Of a stretch of 64,000 nt of DNA, positions 56,831 through 64,000 are shown one piece after another. Below the pieces are notes generated by a model that saw only the letters and a program-made list of their open reading frames with translations, ran no database searches and was not told where the DNA came from. A program made the translations under genes and the position numbers. The DNA comes from Eledone cirrhosa (lineage: Eukaryota): assembly GCA_964016885.1 (NCBI GenBank), contig OZ024740.1, forward strand, positions 272,118,001 to 272,182,000. The letters run 5' to 3'. Every line of letters begins with the position of its first letter. Positions within the stretch are counted from its first letter, which is position 1.

Positions 56831-57235
56831 TATGTATGTATGTATGTATGTATGTATGTATGTATGTATGTATGTATGTATGTATGTATGTACGTATGTA
56901 TATATATGTACGTATGTTTATATGCATATATGTATGTATCTATATACATATGTACATATGTCTGTATATATGCGTTTTCGATGCTCGGAGAGTGGGATTG
57001 GTCGAGTGCAAGGCCTTTCCCCACTTAAAGAACCTTCAAAGTACAGACATTGCTTGTTCAGGATATGTTACAGGTTCTTGTGGCTGGCCGTAGCCTGAAA
57101 GCGTACCATTTTCTGTAATCTGACAAGCCATTGCAATACTCTTAGCAGAGTTTGCAGCCATCATGTATATATATGTATGTATGTATGTATGTTTGTATGT
57201 ATGTATGTTTATATACATATATGTATGTATGTATG

Positions 57236-57297
<62 letters not shown>

Positions 57298-57579
57298 TGC
57301 ATGTATGTATGTATGTATGTATTATGTATGTATATATATATGTATTGATGTATGTATGTATGTATGTATGTACGTATGTATATATAGGTATATATACGTA
57401 TGTTTATATGCATATATGTATGTTAATATGCATATATGTATGCATGTATGTATAAATGTACGCACGCATGCATGTATGTATATATGTACGCATGTATGTA
57501 TGTATGTATGATTGTATGCATGTATGTATGTATGTATGTATGCATGTATGTACAGATCACTCCCAAAACCTTAGTAGTT

Positions 57580-58110
57580 ACTAACCACTGAACTCAGATA
57601 TTGATGAGAAAATCTAACACTGGATAAGATGAGCCAGCAGTGTAACCTTTAGTCATCTGAGAAGACTGGAATATGAAGATCACAGTCTGAGACAAGCAAA
57701 CATGTGATGTATTAGGCAGTTGTTGTAATTACTCGACTTGCCGCTCTGAAAACTTGAGATGCTATGAGCTCATAATATAACACTAGCTATGTCTGAGGAA
57801 AATCATACATATCCTGTAGCAGAACAGATGAATGAGTATCAACGTGTTCAAGCAAAACAATACTATTTGCCATAATACTATTGAAACAATGAATACGTTG
57901 CATTAGCTGCAGTGGACTGACCATAAAGTGTAAATAGTGTATCATCGGTTGATTCAACGACTGTTTTACTCACAGCTGATGACCAAAGGTAAGTGCACAT
58001 GAGATAACCGAAGGAAGTGGTTCAAAGGAAATCCGGAAAGACGTCGCGTCAATGTTTACGAGTGAAAAAATCTTTTGCAAATAACAAACACAAATGAAGA
58101 CGGATTGTCA
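57580..58110 (+). pseudogene. Highly degenerate RTE-BovB-like RT C-terminal fragment
   Basis: Remnants resembling ASxxFxxLR..HSLR..VYxAVV..CLRKI..; many stops and frameshifts. Confidence 0.5.
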
Positions 58111-59125
58111 AGGATGGAACGACGACACTCAGACACACACAGACACAGACACACACTCACACATACTGACACACTCACTCACACATAATCATTCTCTCTC
58201 CCACACACAGTCTCTCTCTCTCTCTCACACACATACACACTCTCTCTCTCACACACACACTCTCACAAACACACACTCTCACACGCACACTCTCACACGC
58301 GCACACACTCTCACAAACACACATTATCTCACACACACTCTTTCACACACCCACTCTCACACACACAAACACTCTCACAAACACACACTCTCACACAAAC
58401 ACACACACACTCTCACACACACTCTCTCACACAATCACACACACACACATTCTCACACAAACACACACACACTCTCACACACACTCTCTCACACACTCTC
58501 TCACACAAACACACACTCTCACACACACAAACACTCTTACAAACACACACTCTCACACACACAAACACTCTTACAAACACACATTCTCACACACACTCTC
58601 TCACACACACTTTCTCTCTCCCAAATTCTCTCTCTCACTCACACACACTTTCTCTCTCCCAATCTCTCTCTCTCCCTCCATCAATCTCTCTCTCTCTGCC
58701 TCTCTCAATCTCTCTCTCTCCTTCCCTAAATCTCTCTCTCTCTCCCTCTCTCAATCTCTCTCTCTCCCTCCCTCAATCTCTCTCTCTCTCTCTCTCTCTC
58801 AATCTCTCTCACTCACACACACTTTCTCTCTCCCAATCTCTCTCTCTCCCTCCATCAATCTCTCTCTCTCTCCCTCTCTCAATCTCTTTCTCTCCCTCCC
58901 TCAATCTCTCTCACTCAAACACACTTTCTCTCTCTCAATCCCCCCCCTCCCCTCTCTCACACACTCCTGTAGTCTTTGTAAGGACACATTTTGGATTTTC
59001 CTTCCTGTTTTATTTATCTAACACAGACATTTGTCACAGTTCTAATTGATTCTTAATTTGTTAAACACCACTCTCTGAACGAAATATATTTCGTTCAGAT
59101 GCATCAATGATAAACACGTATACAT

Positions 59126-59192
<67 letters not shown>

Positions 59193-59442
59193 GATTCGCA
59201 AATAAAGCTGACCTTTTTTTATCCTTCAGTTTTATCTCCCCCAGACATTGAAATTGTAAATACAATATATGTATTTAGTTTGATAACATATATCCAAGTC
59301 TTTTATCGATTAGAATATCAATAAATTCTGATTCAACTGATCTTCCAATAATTGATATTTTCGGCCATTTTGTCTCCAATTATTATTGTTGGAAGACAGA
59401 ACACAGCTTATTGTTATATCTTATTAGTTATAGCATTCATTG

Positions 59443-59607
<165 letters not shown>

Positions 59608-59696
59608 AATGAGTTATTTAATTTGTTGGTTATTCAACAAATTTAGTTTATAACAGATTAGAAGCACTCTGCAAAATTCTTCTGGAGTATAATATC

Positions 59697-60037
59697 AATA
59701 ATATTAATAAATGGAAACTATCTTTATAAAACCATATTTATTTTATTATATAAATTTCAAGGGTACCAACATTTTTGGTACGCTCTCATCAGATAAAATA
59801 TAAAAGTTGTTTTACAGATAGTGACATATTGAAAACAAGAACTTATGGTTCGCGTTCTGTTTGAACTATTCAAACAGAACGCAAAACGATAACTTCTTGG
59901 TTTGAATATGTCACTATCTGTAAAACAACTTTTATATTTTATCTGATGAGTGCGTACCAAAAATGTTGGTACCCTTGAAATATATATAATAAAATAAATA
60001 TCGTTTTATAAAGATAGTTTCCATTTCTTAATATTAT
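59697..60037. mobile_element. Near-perfect 340-bp hairpin element with outward-facing HHRs
   Basis: Centre TTGAA-CTA-TTCAA at ~59861-59873. Confidence 0.88.
59937..59994 (+). ncRNA. Minimal type-I hammerhead ribozyme
   Basis: TTTTAT CTGATGA gtgc GTACCAA aaatg TTGGTAC cctt GAAA TATATA TA^ATAAAA; mirror copy 59741-59798 on the minus strand. Confidence 0.75.
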
Positions 60038-60056
60038 ATATATATATATAAAACAA

Positions 60057-60216
60057 AGGAAATGTAGTAAGGAACCAGATGGAACAGAGTACTCAATACT
60101 TAGGGTAGTAGTGTGGGAAATAGGAAAAAAGTATGACTCCGACGACAGAGCTCAAGCCGTTTCGGGGTCATACTTTTTCGAAACGGCTTGAGCTCAACCG
60201 TCGGGTTCATACTTTT

Positions 60217-60222
<6 letters not shown>
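60057..60222. mobile_element. Family X hairpin element (diverged)
   Basis: GTACTCAATACTTAGGGTAGTAG..GAGCTCAAGCCGTTTCG homology. Confidence 0.7.
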
Positions 60223-60259
<37 letters not shown>

Positions 60260-60263
<4 letters not shown>

Positions 60264-60897
60264 TTAGAATTGGTGCTCTGAAATAGCGATATATATATAT
60301 GAATGTATATACAGTGTATTTTGCAATACACTGTATGCTTAATTAAAAGCATTTCGAAGACCTTACGCTATTGTTTAGCAAACAGCAAACAAGGGAGATA
60401 AAGCTGACAGAGCTCTGTTTCGTACTTTTTGGTACTTATCAAAGTTAAGTACTCCACCTGTCCGCTGAAAATCATGAGCTGAAAATTTAAAGTAAGTGAG
60501 ACTGTCACTACTCTAAAACAATAGCGTAAGGTCTTCGAAATGCTTTTAATTAAGCATACAGTGTATTGCAAAATACACTATATATACATTCATATATATA
60601 TATCGCTATTTCAGAGCACTAATTCTAATTTTCAATTTCTGCTTGACCAGCAACCGCTCTGTATAATCAGTTCCTGATTATTATTAGAATTCTATAAGAA
60701 TCAAACATTCATGATTTTCAGCGGACAGGTCGAGTACTTAGCTTTGTTAAGTACCAAAAAGTACGAAACAGAGCTTTGTGAGCTTTATCTCCCCTGTTTG
60801 CTGAAAATTTAAAGTAAGTGAGACTGTCACTACTCTAAAACAATAGCGCAAGGTCTTCGAAATGCTTTTAATTAAGCATACAGCGTATTGCAAAATA

Positions 60898-60900
<3 letters not shown>
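60260..60900. mobile_element. (TA)n-flanked mosaic of inverted and direct repeats with two different HHR 3' halves
   Basis: 60260-60377 inverted vs 60515-60632; 60385-60477 inverted vs 60710-60801; 60478-60590 direct vs 60800-60905; GAAATGCTTTTAATTAAGCATA and GAAACAGAGCTCTGTC. Confidence 0.7.
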
Positions 60901-60960
<60 letters not shown>

Positions 60961-61900
60961 TGTAAACCATCTTATCAAATGTTGAATATTACAATTAAAA
61001 AGAGTTAAAAATTAAAAAATTTAAGATTGAGTGTTGAAAAGGTCTGTTCATCTTTCTTATTGCGAAGACTGGGTCTAAAATGGAAGGTAAATCTGAGTTT
61101 TTCGAATATAAATAATGATATTCGATTCATTTGCAATTATGCAAACAGCCTCTTTAAGCCATGTGTGTAGAATGACACCATAATTCTTGCTCTTGTGTCG
61201 GCATATAAACAGAACGGCAGACACTAATGTATATTCCAGAAAATATCATATATTTTCACTAGCTCTGACAGTAAGACTTTTCAATATTTCTTGTTTATAT
61301 TTCCTAATAATAGATTTTGAGTATTGAATGTTCGACAAATCAGTTATTATTTGCTTGTATATATGTATATGTGCAAAAACCTCGTTATGTATATATGTGT
61401 ATATGCGGCTAGTTTGTAGAATGCTTTGCTTGGCGCGAATTCCTTTGTTTGAATTTAATCGCCAAACCACGTGTTTTAGTCTACGATAGATTCCTTGCTC
61501 TTTCTAATTAGAGGCAGTATGTAAGAATGGCAAGACTACTGGATTCCTTGTCCAGTGGTAACCGCTAACACACACTGTATAAGCCTATCTTATGACTTGG
61601 GCCACCTGCTGATGAGTGTAACAGCTCGGATGCGTAAATATCTACTTATATTTCGTGATTTTCTGAATATTGAAGATCTGATATCTGCATTCGTGAAGTT
61701 ATGTTGCTCAGAAACGATATCGTCCAGGAGTTGAGATTTTTTTACCGTCTCTCTACCAAAAAACACAGCCATTGTATCTGCTATTAACTAAATGTGTGTA
61801 CTCTGAACAGCTGATTGCAACTGCATTACTGCAATTGGGAAGATTCATTGAGTGAGCTAGACGTTGTCCGGAAAACGTTGACTTTATACCAGCGATCTTC

Positions 61901-61975
<75 letters not shown>

Positions 61976-62789
61976 CATATATATATATGTACCGGTTGTA
62001 TCTCAGCGCACTCAATGCGCAATGTAAGATACATTACCAGAGTATACACATAGTTATTTGCCTCAACACAACACACGTAAAACGGGTGCCTATAAGGTTC
62101 CTGGACTTGAGTTTCTGCCGCACTAATGCAGCAGTAAGGAGCACTGCACCATCTGTCTGCATATATTATGCAACAATGCACAATCGGCTTATGCGGCTTC
62201 ATCAGCGGGTATCGCCTAATCAATAACCAATCGATCGACAGAATCCAAACACCGGCCCATGCCGGTCATGACTGTTTGTGACAACCGACACGGTAAAGCT
62301 ATTAGCAACTGGCAACCGATAGGACTCTATCTCTCAACTAACCACTGACTTACAAATTTTACGCGGGGACGGGAACTAAAAAGAATCAATCGTTAGTTCC
62401 TGTCAGAATCTCAGCCACTTTGTCTCACACACAAATTATCAAGGGGTGAAAAGATGGCTATTAGAAATAGCAGTTCACATTGATATAAAATAGAATGGTA
62501 GCATTCGGTTCATGTCTCCAAGCCCCATGGCTAGAGGAAAGCGATGGTAACAATGGTAGTGCCAAGAACCTTTAACGGACTTTAAATGCGATCATCCATT
62601 ATATAACAATATAGTAGCGAGCTGAAATGTGTCAGTCACGTGCGTAGATAACCAGTCTATTTCACAACTTAAAAGAATGAGAGACAAAATTAGTAGCAGG
62701 AAAAAGAGTGCATATCAAAACAAAAACACAATATATATATATATAGTTTTAATATAGATGAGATTCTACAGGACTAGAACTGTTTCATT

Positions 62790-62842
<53 letters not shown>

Positions 62843-62843
<1 letters not shown>

Positions 62844-64000
62844 CGGCGTTGAAATAGTTTTGCGAGGTTTTTGATATGAAATCGTGTGTCGAAACAAATA
62901 TTGTTATACTTGGGGAGGGTGATATTTGTGTAATATTGCCAGAATTAATAACAGAACACACTCACTGTTTGGTTGGTTTTCGCTTCTGTGTCTTTTGTAT
63001 CGGTTAATTTAATTTATTCGGTCCTCAATGTTATCATTAACTGACCAACGGTCAAAAATACAGATACAATATAGACACAAACACATATTTATAGTCTAAC
63101 AAAGTTCTTTCGTTGCACATCTGCAACATCGTCAGTGGTGCTATTATGTTTCCTCCCGTTGCATTGTATGCCTACGCCATCTTTATTTAGTCTGTTTATT
63201 TATATATTTGTTTATTTTTTGTCTTCTCTGCGCATGCGTTGCGTGTGTGTATAGTGTTTTGTTTGATGTGTGTTCGTGTTTGGGTGACTGTGTATTGGTT
63301 AATGTATTCTATCTTAGTTTACTAGTGTGTGTTTATATGTGTTTGTTGTTATTGTGCTTGTGTATGTACTTATTTATTTATTTATTTATTTATACTTCTC
63401 TTAGGTCAGTGTTGTTTGTTTGGGTGTTGTTGTTATTCCATTCATTTTTTCTGTTTAGCCTTGGCCTTCTAAGTTCTATTTCGCCGGCCTTTCCGATTTG
63501 CCTATGTGCTGGGTCATTTCTATGTTTAGATATTATTCTAATTTCCATGTTGTCTATTTTACCGTCGTGTTGTTGTCTGGAATTTCAGTACTATACGAAC
63601 ATGCCAGACAACAACACGACGGTAACATAGAAATTAGAATAATATCTAAACATAGAAATGACCCAGCAGATAGGCAAATCAGAGAGGCCAGTGAAATAGA
63701 ACTTAGAAGCCCAAGGCTAAACAGAAAGAATGAATGGAATAACAACAACACCCAAATAAACAACACTGACCTAAGAGAAGTATAAATAAATAAATAAATA
63801 AATAAGTACATACACAAGCACAATAACAACAAACACATATAAACACACACTTGTAAACTAAGATAGAATACATTAACCAATACACAGTCACCCAAACACG
63901 AACACACATCAAACAAAACACTATACACACACGTAAACGCATGCGCAGAGAAGACAAAAAAAATAAACAAATAAATAAATAAATAAACAGACTAAATAAA
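62843..64000. mobile_element. Palindromic HHR element (arms 63182-63580 / 63604 to window end)
   Basis: Inverted arms; HHR-like CTGACGA..GAAA at 63098-63138 minus; homologous to 3640-3866. Confidence 0.8.

Overview
Repeat-saturated, AT-rich eukaryotic DNA with no convincing host protein-coding exon. The dense (TA)n/(CA)n/(GA)n/(TATG)n tracts and the tRNA-derived SINEs suggest an octopus or other cephalopod (inference). Nearly all ORFs in the track are microsatellite artefacts. The real coding remnants are a young, 5'-truncated Naiad-type Penelope-like element (PLE; RT + GIY-YIG, 7746-10010, minus strand) with an inverted copy of its 3' region, a Penelope/Poseidon-type GIY-YIG fragment (54547-54835) and several RTE-clade LINE fragments. 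The main pattern is about a dozen unrelated short non-coding elements, nearly all inserted in (TA)n. Many are inverted repeats with both 3' ends facing outward, and most carry a minimal type-I hammerhead ribozyme (HHR) motif (CUGANGA ... GAAA + palindromic stem III + NUH). About 20 HHR or HHR-like motifs were found by eye in 64 kb. Some families have non-canonical cores, several share a downstream TTGAGTAC-like motif, and some inversions extend into flanking DNA. All folding and alignment was by eye, so coordinates may be off by a few bases. There is a 200-nt N gap at 24000-24199.
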